Positions 30,947 through 40,791 of a stretch of 64,000 bases of DNA are shown here, piece by piece. The translations under genes and the position numbers were made by a program. Under the pieces are notes generated by a model. It had not been told where the DNA came from. It was given only the letters and a program-made list of their open reading frames with translations, and ran no database searches. The DNA comes from an uncultured Mycoplasmatota bacterium (GTDB taxonomy: Bacteria; Bacillota_I; Bacilli_A; RF39; UBA660). The stretch lies in contig URQZ01000002.1 in the NCBI GenBank assembly GCA_900550255.1, forward strand, positions 2,248 to 66,247, given 5' to 3'. Position 1 is the first letter of the stretch. Every line of letters starts with the position of its first letter.

Positions 30947-31495
30947 CTAAAATTTAACTTCTGGAACTTTTCTATCTTGTTCTTCAGCTTCAAAGAATTT
31001 AAATGTTTTAAATCCAAACATACCAGCAATAATATTAGAAGGAAAACTTTCTTTCTTATTTTGGTATTTTAAAACAGTGTCATTATAAAATTGTCTTGAA
31101 TAACTAATTTTATCTTCTGTTTCTTTTAATTGATTTTGCAAATCAACAAAATTAGTATTTGCCTTTAAATCAGGATAAGCCTCAGTTAAAGCAAATAATC
31201 TTCCTAAAGCTTGACTAAGTTCTCCATTAGCTTGCATTTCAGCTTCTGGTGTTGTCGCACTTACAGCTTTATTTCTAGCACTAACAACAGCCTCTAGAGT
31301 ATCTTTTTCATGAGCTGCATATCCTTTAACAGTTTCAACTAAATTAGGTATTAAATCAGCTCTTCTTTTTAATTGAACTTCAATTTGTGACCATTGATCT
31401 TTTACCTTATTTCTTAAAACTACCAATCCATTATATGTTGAAATAACATACAACACAATTACAGCTACTACTATTAAAATAATCCACAATGCCAT
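30947..31495 (-). CDS. lemA: LemA family protein
   Basis: N-terminal transmembrane segment plus the conserved LemA core ([24 protein letters not shown]...). Confidence 0.85.
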   Translation of the reverse strand: MALWIILIVVAVIVLYVISTYNGLVVLRNKVKDQWSQIEVQLKRRADLIPNLVETVKGYAAHEKDTLEAVVSARNKAVSATTPEAEMQANGELSQALGRLFALTEAYPDLKANTNFVDLQNQLKETEDKISYSRQFYNDTVLKYQNKKESFPSNIIAGMFGFKTFKFFEAEEQDRKVPEVKF

Positions 31496-31612
31496 TTTTC
31501 TACCTCCTTATATTAACATTATACATAAAAAAGAAAAAAAAAGAAATAATTTTAAATTAGTTTGTATAATTTCTAAAAAAAAAAGAAAACTAAAAATGAA
31601 AGGAAGATCCAC

Positions 31613-31816
31613 ATGAACGTTAATATCAGAGAATATATAAGAAATAACTTTAAAAAAGCGGATGCAAGTGAAATAGAAGAATCTATTGAATCATCAATTT
31701 CTTCTAATGATGAAGTCATTCTTCCAGGACTTGGTGTTTTATTTGAAATAGTCTGGCAAAATTGTAGTGAAGATGTTAAAAATAATATTCTTCAAACATT
31801 AGTAAATAATATATAA
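31613..31816 (+). CDS. sspI: small acid-soluble spore protein SspI-like
   Basis: 67 aa. The LPGLGVLFE motif and overall pattern match the SspI family. Confidence 0.55.
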   Translation: MNVNIREYIRNNFKKADASEIEESIESSISSNDEVILPGLGVLFEIVWQNCSEDVKNNILQTLVNNI

Positions 31817-31817
31817 A

Positions 31818-31845
31818 AAAAGCACTTTATAAAAGTGTTTTTTCT
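31818..31845. terminator. bidirectional terminator between sspI and mraY
   Basis: AAAAAAGCACTTTATAAAAGTGTTTTTTC hairpin flanked by A-runs and T-runs. Confidence 0.6.
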
Positions 31846-32836
31846 ATAACCAAACGGCAAATAATACACCAAGCATTGCAAACATTAAGCCAAAAAACCA
31901 AAATAATTTAACAATGTCTCTTTCATTCCATCCTAGTTTTTCAAAATGATGATGAAGTGGTGTCATTAAGAAAACTTTTTTACCTTTCCACATAATTGAA
32001 ACAGTTTGAATAATACATACTAAAGTTTCAATTATAAAGACTAAGGATATAATAATGAATGTAATTTCATGATTAGTAATAATAGCAATAGACGCTAGTG
32101 TTGCTCCTAAAGATAATGATCCAGTATCTCCCATAAATACCTTAGCTGGGTTGGTATTAAAGAATAAAAATCCAAGTAACGATCCAACTAAAATAAAACA
32201 GAAAACAGCAATATCATAAGACCCTGAAACCCAAGTTGAATTCCAACTTATAAGACCAAAAGCAAGAAAAGCGATTAAAGATAAACCTCCTGCAAGACCA
32301 TCTAAACCATCTGTAATATTTACGGCATTACTACTAGCAACTAAGATAAATAACAAGAAGATTCCGTAAAACCACCCCATATTAATATGTATATCTAAGG
32401 TATGTATATCTAAACTTGGTTGATTCCCACTTTTCATGAAAATATAAAAGAAAATTACGGCTATAAAGAGTTGTCCAAAGAGTTTTTGTATCTCAGTAAG
32501 ACCAATATTATTTCTTCTCTTAATTATCAAATAATCATCTATAAATCCTAATATAGCATATGAAATAAAAACAAATAAAATAATAAATAAGTTTTCACTA
32601 AATTCAATTTTATTTAGCATAAGTAAAATAAATACCGTGAGTAAAGTTGGAATAATAAAGATTAATCCTCCCATTGTTGGGGTTCCTTCTTTTTCTTTAT
32701 GCTTATCTTTTAGAAAAACACTAACACTTTGTTTTACTTTACTTTTTCTTAAAATAGGAATTATTACAAGTCCAAATATAATAGACGTAAAAAAACCTAT
32801 CATAAGCGCTAAAATAGCTTTTGCAAGTACTAACAC
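31844..32836 (-). CDS. mraY: phospho-N-acetylmuramoyl-pentapeptide transferase
   Basis: Ten transmembrane segments. NAVNITDGLDGLA and HHHFE motifs. Confidence 0.95.
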   Translation of the reverse strand: MLVLAKAILALMIGFFTSIIFGLVIIPILRKSKVKQSVSVFLKDKHKEKEGTPTMGGLIFIIPTLLTVFILLMLNKIEFSENLFIILFVFISYAILGFIDDYLIIKRRNNIGLTEIQKLFGQLFIAVIFFYIFMKSGNQPSLDIHTLDIHINMGWFYGIFLLFILVASSNAVNITDGLDGLAGGLSLIAFLAFGLISWNSTWVSGSYDIAVFCFILVGSLLGFLFFNTNPAKVFMGDTGSLSLGATLASIAIITNHEITFIIISLVFIIETLVCIIQTVSIMWKGKKVFLMTPLHHHFEKLGWNERDIVKLFWFFGLMFAMLGVLFAVWL

Positions 32837-32847
32837 GAAATCATCTC

Positions 32848-34215
32848 CTATATTTCTCTTAAATATTCTAATACTACCTTTTTATCATTAAAAGGTATTG
32901 CTTTTTTGTTTTTAACGATCATTTTTTCTTCATGACCTTTTCCTAAAATTAATAATAAATCATCTTCTTTAAGTAATTTTATTCCTTTAATTATCGCTTC
33001 TTTTCGATCTAGACATACTTCATAATTACTAAAGTCAGCATTTTCAAATGCATCTGATACAATTTGATTTGGGTCTTCATCATGAGGATCATCATTTGTA
33101 AAGATAAAATAATTAGATAATTCACTTACCAATTTACTCATAATTTTTCTTTTAGAACGGTCACGATCTCCTGTACAACCAAATACGACATAAGTATTAC
33201 CTTTTGTGAATTGTTGCATTGTTTTTATAATTTTTGAAATTGCATCTGGTGTATGAGCATAATCAATGACAATATTATTTTTATTGTATTTTATTATTTC
33301 AGATCTTCCAACTGGTGCTTCAAGTAATGATGTAACACGAATAATATCCTCACTTTTATAATTTAGACAACTTAATAAACATATACATCCAAGCATATTA
33401 TATACATTATAATCTCCTAATAATTTAGATTGTATTTCAATTTTCTCACCATTATGTTTATAAGTGAATTTAGTATTTTCACTACTTAATTTACAATCTA
33501 TAAGTTGATAATCACTACCATTTTTACCGTAAGTTATATTTTGGTTTTCATCAAGTAAAAAATAATCTTTATATGAATCGTCAACATTTATTATAGCTTT
33601 ACCTGTTGGTTTTAATTTTTTAAATAGTTTTTGTTTTGCCAAAGCATAGTTTTCCATTGTTTTATGAAAATCTAAATGATCTTGTGTCAAATTAGTATAT
33701 ATTGCATAATCAAAATTTAATGTTTCCATTCTACCATTAGCTAGAGCATGACTACTAACTTCTAAAACAACATTCTTACATCCATTATCATAAGCAGTAA
33801 TTAATAAATCATACATATCACATATATCAACACTAGTATTTGGTAAATCACATACTTTATCTTGCATATAAAAACCTATCGTTCCAATATAAGCCGTTTT
33901 TGATCCTAATTGATTTAAAGCATCATGAATCAATTTAGCCGTTGTTGTTTTTCCATTAGTTCCAGTTATACCAATAATATTCATTTTGTTTAAAATAGGA
34001 TTATAATTTTCTTTCAAATATTCGTTTAAATAAATCCTTGTATTAGGTACAATTTCTGTTTCTACGGAATAATTACCACGTTCAGCTATTATTTTACTAG
34101 CACCGTTTTCAATTGCTTTTTCTATATATTGGTGTCCATCATTAATTTCACATTTAACAGCAATAAAGGTATCACCTTTTTTAATTTTTCTCGAATCACT
34201 TTTAATATTAATCAT
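32848..34215 (-). CDS. murE: UDP-N-acetylmuramoyl-L-alanyl-D-glutamate--(L-lysine or 2,6-diaminopimelate) ligase
   Basis: GITGTNGKTTT P-loop and Mur ligase architecture. 455 aa is the MurE size. Confidence 0.85.
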   Translation of the reverse strand: MINIKSDSRKIKKGDTFIAVKCEINDGHQYIEKAIENGASKIIAERGNYSVETEIVPNTRIYLNEYLKENYNPILNKMNIIGITGTNGKTTTAKLIHDALNQLGSKTAYIGTIGFYMQDKVCDLPNTSVDICDMYDLLITAYDNGCKNVVLEVSSHALANGRMETLNFDYAIYTNLTQDHLDFHKTMENYALAKQKLFKKLKPTGKAIINVDDSYKDYFLLDENQNITYGKNGSDYQLIDCKLSSENTKFTYKHNGEKIEIQSKLLGDYNVYNMLGCICLLSCLNYKSEDIIRVTSLLEAPVGRSEIIKYNKNNIVIDYAHTPDAISKIIKTMQQFTKGNTYVVFGCTGDRDRSKRKIMSKLVSELSNYFIFTNDDPHDEDPNQIVSDAFENADFSNYEVCLDRKEAIIKGIKLLKEDDLLLILGKGHEEKMIVKNKKAIPFNDKKVVLEYLREI

Positions 34216-34307
34216 TTTATCACACTCTCTAAGTACCTTTAATTTTACTATAAATACTATAATTAATCAAGAAAAATACTATATTACTTTACATAATAAA
34301 ACAAGAA

Positions 34308-34631
34308 CTATCTTGTTCTTGTTCTTTCTTCTTTGTTATTTGAATACACTTGTTTCATTGCATTAATTGATCTTTCCATATTATCTAAGCAATGATTATC
34401 TTTTGATAATCCTATTGTTTCTGGTTTGGTAACCATATTACCTTCTAATTTTGGAACAACAATCATATCATTTTCATTTGCATGTTGATAAATTCTTAAT
34501 TGAACTTCTTGCATAAATTTAGGATCATTTGTATCATAATCTCTATTCATCAAATCCATTATTTTACCTAAAGTCATATGGTTTGATTTTGCTGCTTCTT
34601 TTACAGCCTCTGCACTACCTAATATATCCAT
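34308..34631 (-). CDS. hypothetical protein
   Basis: 107 aa. Overlaps the upstream gene by 1 nt. Confidence 0.35.
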   Translation of the reverse strand: MDILGSAEAVKEAAKSNHMTLGKIMDLMNRDYDTNDPKFMQEVQLRIYQHANENDMIVVPKLEGNMVTKPETIGLSKDNHCLDNMERSINAMKQVYSNNKEERTRTR

Positions 34632-35194
34632 TATACTTCCACCCCTGCTTTCATAAATCCATTAATTAAACTATTAACGTCGTTATTAAAGTATGCTCTA
34701 GAAATATTTTCTTCACCAATTAATATTGAAATCAAATTAGCCTCTACTGCCTGTTCTGGATAAACCAATAATTCACTTGAATTACCAACTAAATAATTGG
34801 CTATTATTTCTGTATATCCTGCATTTAAAGCCCTAAAACGATTTTCAATATTAAATCCTGTATATTTATCACAGCATGTAATAACATTCAAAAGTTCAAA
34901 CATTAATATATGCTTCATATCATATCCTTTTTCTATTTCTGATATATTAAAATAGATTGCATTTTCACGCATATTATATTCAGAAATTCTTGGATTAACG
35001 AACTTACTACCTCTAATAATTTTGATTGTTTTTAGCTTTTCATTTAACCTATCCAAAGATACATCTGGATATTTATTATTAAAAACTAAAACAAGTTCAA
35101 AAATATTAGCTTTAATTTCTTTTGTAATATTTTTATTTTCATTAAGTGAATTTTTAACATCATCAATCGTTACCATATTATCACCTACCACCAT
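34631..35194 (-). CDS. hypothetical protein
   Basis: 187 aa with no clear motif. Confidence 0.35.
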   Translation of the reverse strand: MVVGDNMVTIDDVKNSLNENKNITKEIKANIFELVLVFNNKYPDVSLDRLNEKLKTIKIIRGSKFVNPRISEYNMRENAIYFNISEIEKGYDMKHILMFELLNVITCCDKYTGFNIENRFRALNAGYTEIIANYLVGNSSELLVYPEQAVEANLISILIGEENISRAYFNNDVNSLINGFMKAGVEV

Positions 35195-35228
35195 TTTATC
35201 ATATTTTTTTTAATTTGAAAACTTAAAA

Positions 35229-35675
35229 TTAAATATTTGTTGAAAAGATTAACGCCACAATTGTACCAAGTAACATTCCAGCTATAACTTCTAATGGTTT
35301 ATGACCAAGTTGTTCCTTTAGACGTTTAAATCCTTTTTTAGGTTTTCCTCTTACAAAAGAGTCAAAGATAAGATTTATAGCTTCTGCTTGTTTTCCACTT
35401 TCCCATCTAAGTCCCATTGCATCATAAGCTGTAATAAAAGTAAAAATTAGACAAGCAGCAAAAAGAGGGGTATCAAAACCCATTTCAAATCCTATAAGCA
35501 TAGTTACAGAAGAAGAAAATGATGTATGACTACTAGGCATACCTCCACAACCATTTATAAGTCTTGCGAAATTCATTTTTTTATTTTCGATTGCTTCTAT
35601 TATAAATTTTATAATTTGACATATAACAAGTGTTACAAAGGGACAAATAATATAAATGTATTTATCCATAAACAA
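35229..35675 (-). CDS. divergent PAP2 family (DUF212) membrane protein
   Basis: NGCGGMPSSHTSFSSSV signature. Confidence 0.7.
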   Translation of the reverse strand: MFMDKYIYIICPFVTLVICQIIKFIIEAIENKKMNFARLINGCGGMPSSHTSFSSSVTMLIGFEMGFDTPLFAACLIFTFITAYDAMGLRWESGKQAEAINLIFDSFVRGKPKKGFKRLKEQLGHKPLEVIAGMLLGTIVALIFSTNI

Positions 35676-35679
35676 CCAC

Positions 35680-36420
35680 CTACCCTATATTTATTTTATT
35701 TAAGTTATGAACAAATGATTTACTTTTTAAATAAAGTCCCGTATATTTATCATAATAATTATCTAAAAATTCATTTATTTCTTTTTTTACGCTATTACTA
35801 ATTTCTAATTTTGAGATTTTAGCAATATCAACATAGTAAAACATACGAATTAGTTTTATTGTTTTTTCACTAACTATTTTTTCGTTTGTATGACAATTTT
35901 TACAAACATAACCACCTTTATCTACTGATAAGGTTACAATTGCTTTTTTATTGCCACAAATACTACATTCATCTATGATTGGCATTACTCCTAAAAAATC
36001 CAAATATTTAAGTTCTAATATATTGGATATAACCATTGGATCAAAACCTTCATTTATTTTAAGTAAAGAGTTGCTTAATAGACTAAAAACATTTTGATTA
36101 TTACTATGCTTTACTACTTGTTCTGATAAATCAGCAATAAAACTAGCATAACTTATCATCGTAATGTCTTTTTTTATTTGTTTTAAAGGATCTATGATAT
36201 CAACACTTATCAAAGTTGATAAACCTTTTTCTTTATATCGTATATTAAAAAGTCCATAAGTTAATTTAGTTGTAACATTTCGAAGAGGACTTTTTAAACC
36301 TTTTGCTCCTTTAGCAATCAATCCAATAATTCCATCTTCTTCGGTTAAAATGTTTATAATTTTACTTGTTTCACTATAAGATCTTTCACTTACAACGATT
36401 CCTTTTATTTTTTTATCCAT
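35680..36420 (-). CDS. recO: DNA repair protein RecO
   Basis: MDKKIKGIVVSERSYSETSKIINILTEE... and a C-terminal CxxC..CxxC zinc finger. Confidence 0.85.
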   Translation of the reverse strand: MDKKIKGIVVSERSYSETSKIINILTEEDGIIGLIAKGAKGLKSPLRNVTTKLTYGLFNIRYKEKGLSTLISVDIIDPLKQIKKDITMISYASFIADLSEQVVKHSNNQNVFSLLSNSLLKINEGFDPMVISNILELKYLDFLGVMPIIDECSICGNKKAIVTLSVDKGGYVCKNCHTNEKIVSEKTIKLIRMFYYVDIAKISKLEISNSVKKEINEFLDNYYDKYTGLYLKSKSFVHNLNKINIG

Positions 36421-36429
36421 AATATCACT

Positions 36430-36660
36430 CTAATCTATTTGTTCAAAACGATACGTTTGTTTAATTTCTGGATATTTTTCATGATCAACTAAAGAATTAA
36501 ACATATCATATTCTCTTGCCCAAATAATATGATTACCGTATAGTCCTTCATATATTACTATATCTTTTAAGGTTTCACTATCCCTTGCAATCATCAAAAC
36601 TTTATATTCTTTTCCTTTAAAGTGTTTATATGTTTTTCCTATTGTTATTACTCTTTGCAT
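36430..36660 (-). CDS. DUF1653 domain protein
   Basis: YKHFKGKEYKVLMIARDSETLKDIVIYEGLYG matches the DUF1653 pattern. Confidence 0.6.
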   Translation of the reverse strand: MQRVITIGKTYKHFKGKEYKVLMIARDSETLKDIVIYEGLYGNHIIWAREYDMFNSLVDHEKYPEIKQTYRFEQID

Positions 36661-36751
36661 TTTTTTTACTTCTTTCTTCTTCTTTATATTTTACATAATA
36701 TTCAATTTTTCCTGTATTTTTAAATAAATCCCATAATAAATTTTTACTCAT
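36626..36751 (-). CDS. yqzL: YqzL-like small protein (41 aa) missing from the ORF track
   Basis: Codon-by-codon translation gives MSKNLLWDLFKNTGKIEYYVKYKEEERSKKNAKSNNNRKNI*. An AGGATGGTGA ribosome-binding site lies 4 nt upstream. The position between era and recO matches B. subtilis yqzL. It overlaps the DUF1653 start out of frame. Confidence 0.5.
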   Translation of the reverse strand: MSKNLLWDLFKNTGKIEYYVKYKEEERSKKNAKSNNNRKNI

Positions 36752-36805
36752 TTTATCACCATCCTATTTAATAGTGATTCTTTTTTTTTAATTTATTCAA
36801 AAAAT

Positions 36806-37690
36806 TTATTCAAAATCGTTAAAACCAAATTCTTGTAAATATTTTTCTTTATCTCGCCATTTTTTTATTGTTTTTACATATAATTCTAGATATATTTTTT
36901 TATTTAATAATATTTCTAATTCTTTTCTTGCTCTAATTCCAACTTCTTTAATTTTACTACCACGATTACCTATGATAATTTTTTTCAAGGAATCTCGATC
37001 AACGATAATAGCAACATTTATATGATAGCTATTTTTATCTTTTTCAATGTTTTCAACGATACATGTAAGGGAATGTGGTACTTCCTCATGTGTAAGTTCA
37101 AAAACTTTTTCTCTAACAATTTCGGCTATTGTGAATGTTAATGGTTTATTTGTAATTTGGTTATCCTCGTAATATTTTATTTCATCTTTCAAGTAATTTT
37201 TAATTGTTTTTATTAATTCATCTACATTATTATTTTTTAGTGCAGAAAGTGGAACTATTTCACTAAATTCATATAAATCTTTATATTCAGCTATTTTAAG
37301 TAAAATTTCATCATGTGTTAGTTTATCAATTTTATTTATAACTAAAATAACCGGGATATTTTTTTCTTTTAATTTTTCGATAATATATTTATCTCCACTT
37401 CCTAATTCTTGTGATCCATCTACTAGCATTAAAATAACATCTACATCATCAATATTAGAGTAAACTTGTTTATTTAAATATTTACCCAATTTATGATTAG
37501 GTTTATGTACACCTGGTGTATCTACAAAAATTATTTGTGTATCTTCTTCGTTATAAATACCTTGAATAACATTTCTTGTTGTTTGAGGTTTATTTGAGGT
37601 AATAGCAACTTTTGTTCCAATTATACTATTTAAGAGAGTCGATTTACCAACGTTTGGTCTTCCTACTAAACTAACAAATCCACTTTTCAT
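36806..37690 (-). CDS. era: GTPase Era
   Basis: GRPNVGKSTLLN, DTPG and a KH domain. Confidence 0.95.
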   Translation of the reverse strand: MKSGFVSLVGRPNVGKSTLLNSIIGTKVAITSNKPQTTRNVIQGIYNEEDTQIIFVDTPGVHKPNHKLGKYLNKQVYSNIDDVDVILMLVDGSQELGSGDKYIIEKLKEKNIPVILVINKIDKLTHDEILLKIAEYKDLYEFSEIVPLSALKNNNVDELIKTIKNYLKDEIKYYEDNQITNKPLTFTIAEIVREKVFELTHEEVPHSLTCIVENIEKDKNSYHINVAIIVDRDSLKKIIIGNRGSKIKEVGIRARKELEILLNKKIYLELYVKTIKKWRDKEKYLQEFGFNDFE

Positions 37691-38073
37691 TTTAAATCCT
37701 CATCATTAAAAGGAACAGGACATAATTCTCTTACAGTATAAATTTTTTCATCGCCTAAATTATTCATTAAAATTATTTGACGATCTTCTTCAAATAATTC
37801 TGATATTACTTGACGACATAAAAAACAACTACTACTTATTTTAGGACTATCAACCATAATATATAGTTTATCAAAGTCATGTTTTTTATATCCATTACTA
37901 ATAGCACTAACAATTGCACTACGTTCTGCGCAAATACAAGCTCCATAAGAGGCATTTTCAACATTTACCCCTTTAAATTGTTTACCATCTTTCATAACAG
38001 CAATACTAGCCACTCTAAAATTAGAATAGGGGCTATAACTGTTTTTTAATAAATTAATTAATTGTTCTTTCAT
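37687..38073 (-). CDS. cdd: cytidine deaminase
   Basis: CAERSA...PCGACRQ-like zinc motifs (CAERSAI, SSCFLCRQ). Confidence 0.9.
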   Translation of the reverse strand: MKEQLINLLKNSYSPYSNFRVASIAVMKDGKQFKGVNVENASYGACICAERSAIVSAISNGYKKHDFDKLYIMVDSPKISSSCFLCRQVISELFEEDRQIILMNNLGDEKIYTVRELCPVPFNDEDLK

Positions 38074-38163
38074 TTTATCACCATCTCTATCATTTTAATT
38101 GTACAAAAATAACTTTTTAAAGTCAATTAAAAAAGTGGTATTAACCACTTCAAAAAATATATT

Positions 38164-38559
38164 TTATAAAATTGACAAAATCTTAGGTACAAAAATAATA
38201 ATAGCTCCTATAAGTGCTGCAAAACAAAGAATTAATGTCGCACTACTCGCTGTATCTTTTGCTATTTTAGCTAAAGGATGTAATTTTGGTGAAACTAAAT
38301 CAACAACCGCTTCTAATGAAGAATTTATAAATTCTACAGCCATAATAAGTCCAATAATTAAAATGCAAAATAACCATTCACTAGTTTTTATTTTTAATAA
38401 CATTCCTGTTATGATTGTCATAAAAGCCGCAATTAATATTATAATCATATTATGTTCATACTTAACAGTATAAACAAAACCATCTATTGCATGAAAAAAA
38501 CTTTTTTTATAACGAACTAAACACGTTCCTCCATCCTTATTTCGTAATATTTGCTTCAT
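38164..38559 (-). CDS. dgkA: diacylglycerol/undecaprenol kinase (DgkA family)
   Basis: 131 aa with three transmembrane segments and the conserved EAVVDLVSP..HPLAKIAKD motifs. Confidence 0.8.
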   Translation of the reverse strand: MKQILRNKDGGTCLVRYKKSFFHAIDGFVYTVKYEHNMIIILIAAFMTIITGMLLKIKTSEWLFCILIIGLIMAVEFINSSLEAVVDLVSPKLHPLAKIAKDTASSATLILCFAALIGAIIIFVPKILSIL

Positions 38560-38977
38560 TTAAAATCAACTCCTGCTTAGAAAACATTATTTCTTCATCA
38601 TGCTTATTCATATGATCATAACCTAAAAGGTGTAAAAAGCCATGAACAGCTAAAAAACATATTTCTCTTTTAAAACTATGACCATATTCTAATGCTTGAC
38701 TTTTAGCTTTATCAACAGAAATATAAATATCCCCTAAAAGACGATGTTCTTCCTCATTTACTTCTTCATTATCTTCTAAAGCAAATGTAATAACATCCGT
38801 TTCCCTATCGATTTTACGATAGTTTTTATTTAACTCATGAATATAATTATTATCAACTAAAATGACATTAAATTCAACATCATTTAATTCTTCTTCTTTG
38901 ATAGCAATTTCTAATACCTTCTTCATATCAGAGGTTTCACTTATTTCATAATCTAATTCATTAAATATTTCAAACAT
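38537..38977 (-). CDS. ybeY: rRNA maturation RNase YbeY
   Basis: HGFLHLLGYDH zinc motif. Confidence 0.9.
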   Translation of the reverse strand: MFEIFNELDYEISETSDMKKVLEIAIKEEELNDVEFNVILVDNNYIHELNKNYRKIDRETDVITFALEDNEEVNEEEHRLLGDIYISVDKAKSQALEYGHSFKREICFLAVHGFLHLLGYDHMNKHDEEIMFSKQELILNEANITK

Positions 38978-38978
38978 A

Positions 38979-39587
38979 CTAATTCGCTCCTAATATTGTG
39001 TATATATAATAAAATATACAACTTAAAATAATGACAACTATTATATTATAAAAGATATTGTTTTTCAATACTTTTGGTAAATGATCTCGTACAAAATAGA
39101 CAAAACGATAAATAAAATATCCAAATAATCCACCTAAAACATTTAAAATAATATCATCCACATCAAAAACGCGACCTATCAAAAGTTGTGTGAATTCAAT
39201 TGTACAAGATACAAGAAGACTTAAATAAATTATTGCTTTTTTTCTATCAAGTTTTAAGAAATATGATGTAAAGAAACCATAAGGTAAAAACATTATCATA
39301 TTACCAACTACATTTTTAAAGAACAAATTACTAAAAATTCTATAGCGAAGCATTTCTTTAAAAGGAATAAAGTTTGATGATGACCAACTAACATCTTGAA
39401 AAGTTACAACATAGAATAAGCTCATTATATAAATGACAAATCCTAATTTTAATATTTCTCTATATAAGACAAATGTTTCTTTATTACGAATAATATATAC
39501 AACTCTAAGTGATGATAAAATTACCGTAATAATTACAAGCATCGGCCAAATATTAGCTAATATATTTTTAATTGTTATATCAAACAT
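38979..39587 (-). CDS. VanZ family membrane protein
   Basis: FDVDDIILNVLGGLFGYFIY C-terminal VanZ motif. Four transmembrane segments. Confidence 0.6.
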   Translation of the reverse strand: MFDITIKNILANIWPMLVIITVILSSLRVVYIIRNKETFVLYREILKLGFVIYIMSLFYVVTFQDVSWSSSNFIPFKEMLRYRIFSNLFFKNVVGNMIMFLPYGFFTSYFLKLDRKKAIIYLSLLVSCTIEFTQLLIGRVFDVDDIILNVLGGLFGYFIYRFVYFVRDHLPKVLKNNIFYNIIVVIILSCIFYYIYTILGAN

Positions 39588-39596
39588 TGTTTCACC

Positions 39597-40787
39597 TTAT
39601 TCTTCTTTTTGTTCTTCAATTTGCTCCATATCGATCTTTTGTGTATCTGTTATATCTTCACATACCGAAAAAAATAACTCTAATACTATTTTACTATTAT
39701 TTTCATCAACATTCAATCGTTTATAATCAATTATGTATTCATTGTCATTTAGTTTACTTTCTATTTTCTTTTTAGCCATTTCTGTTGCTTTTTTTATAGC
39801 TTGTGATTTTGTATACTTTTCATTTATTTCTTTTGTCTCTGTTTGATATTGTTTAACTATTCTAAGTGGTAATAAATTATTTTTAAAAAGCGTTTTTTCT
39901 TTTATTTTTTTTGTTTTAAAGGGGTGTATTTCTATACTATAGTCTTTATTTAAAAATTTTATTGCATAAACAGTTTTTTTCTTTTTTTTCATCATAACTT
40001 CTTTATAATGTAAGGGATATTCAATTGTTGTTTTATACCAAACTTCTCCATATATTTTACCATCAGCCCCAGTTATACTTTTAGTTTCTTCATTTAGTTT
40101 GATATCACCTGTTATAACGACATCACCTTTTTTGACATAGTCATTTATATTCTTTACTATTTCACCATTTTTAGCCTCTATTTTAGTTAATATAGCCGAT
40201 TTTTTAGCTACAATATTTTGCGTCGAAATCTCTTTTTTATTTTTAGTTAAAATTCTCTCTTCTACTCTTACTATGCATTTTGTTCCAACTTCTTCTATTT
40301 CTATCCATTCTATTTTATCTTTATAATCATTTAAAATTTTCTTCTTTATTTTTTGAATTTCTTTATAACTTTTTTTGAATCTTTTTTCTTTTATTCCATA
40401 TTTTTCTAATTCATCTTTTAATAAAGTTCTTATTTCTTTTTTATCATGAATTATTTCTACTTTAAAAATTGTGCTTGTTAAAATTAAGAGTAATATATAT
40501 CCTATCATTATTGATATTATTAAATATTTATTTATATTTATTATTTTTTTTATTTTTATAAATCCAAATGTTTCTATTATTTCAATATTATAAATCGTTT
40601 TTATTTTTTCAATTTTATCTAAGTCTTTTTTATAAATTTTTATAATTGCCTCATTATATTTTTTGATCTTTATATCTAAAATTTCAATTTTTAATTTTAT
40701 TATTTTTCTTATAAATCTTTCAATATTTTTTCCTGTTATTTTTATTTTAATAGAGCTTTTAAAACTATTTATAAATTGGTCCTTCAT
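39597..40787 (-). CDS. yqfD: sporulation protein YqfD-like
   Basis: 396 aa with a central transmembrane segment. It lies immediately downstream of the yqfC-like gene and upstream of the ybeY-dgkA-cdd-era block, as in B. subtilis. Confidence 0.55.
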   Translation of the reverse strand: MKDQFINSFKSSIKIKITGKNIERFIRKIIKLKIEILDIKIKKYNEAIIKIYKKDLDKIEKIKTIYNIEIIETFGFIKIKKIININKYLIISIMIGYILLLILTSTIFKVEIIHDKKEIRTLLKDELEKYGIKEKRFKKSYKEIQKIKKKILNDYKDKIEWIEIEEVGTKCIVRVEERILTKNKKEISTQNIVAKKSAILTKIEAKNGEIVKNINDYVKKGDVVITGDIKLNEETKSITGADGKIYGEVWYKTTIEYPLHYKEVMMKKKKKTVYAIKFLNKDYSIEIHPFKTKKIKEKTLFKNNLLPLRIVKQYQTETKEINEKYTKSQAIKKATEMAKKKIESKLNDNEYIIDYKRLNVDENNSKIVLELFFSVCEDITDTQKIDMEQIEEQKEE

Positions 40788-40791
40788 TTTA

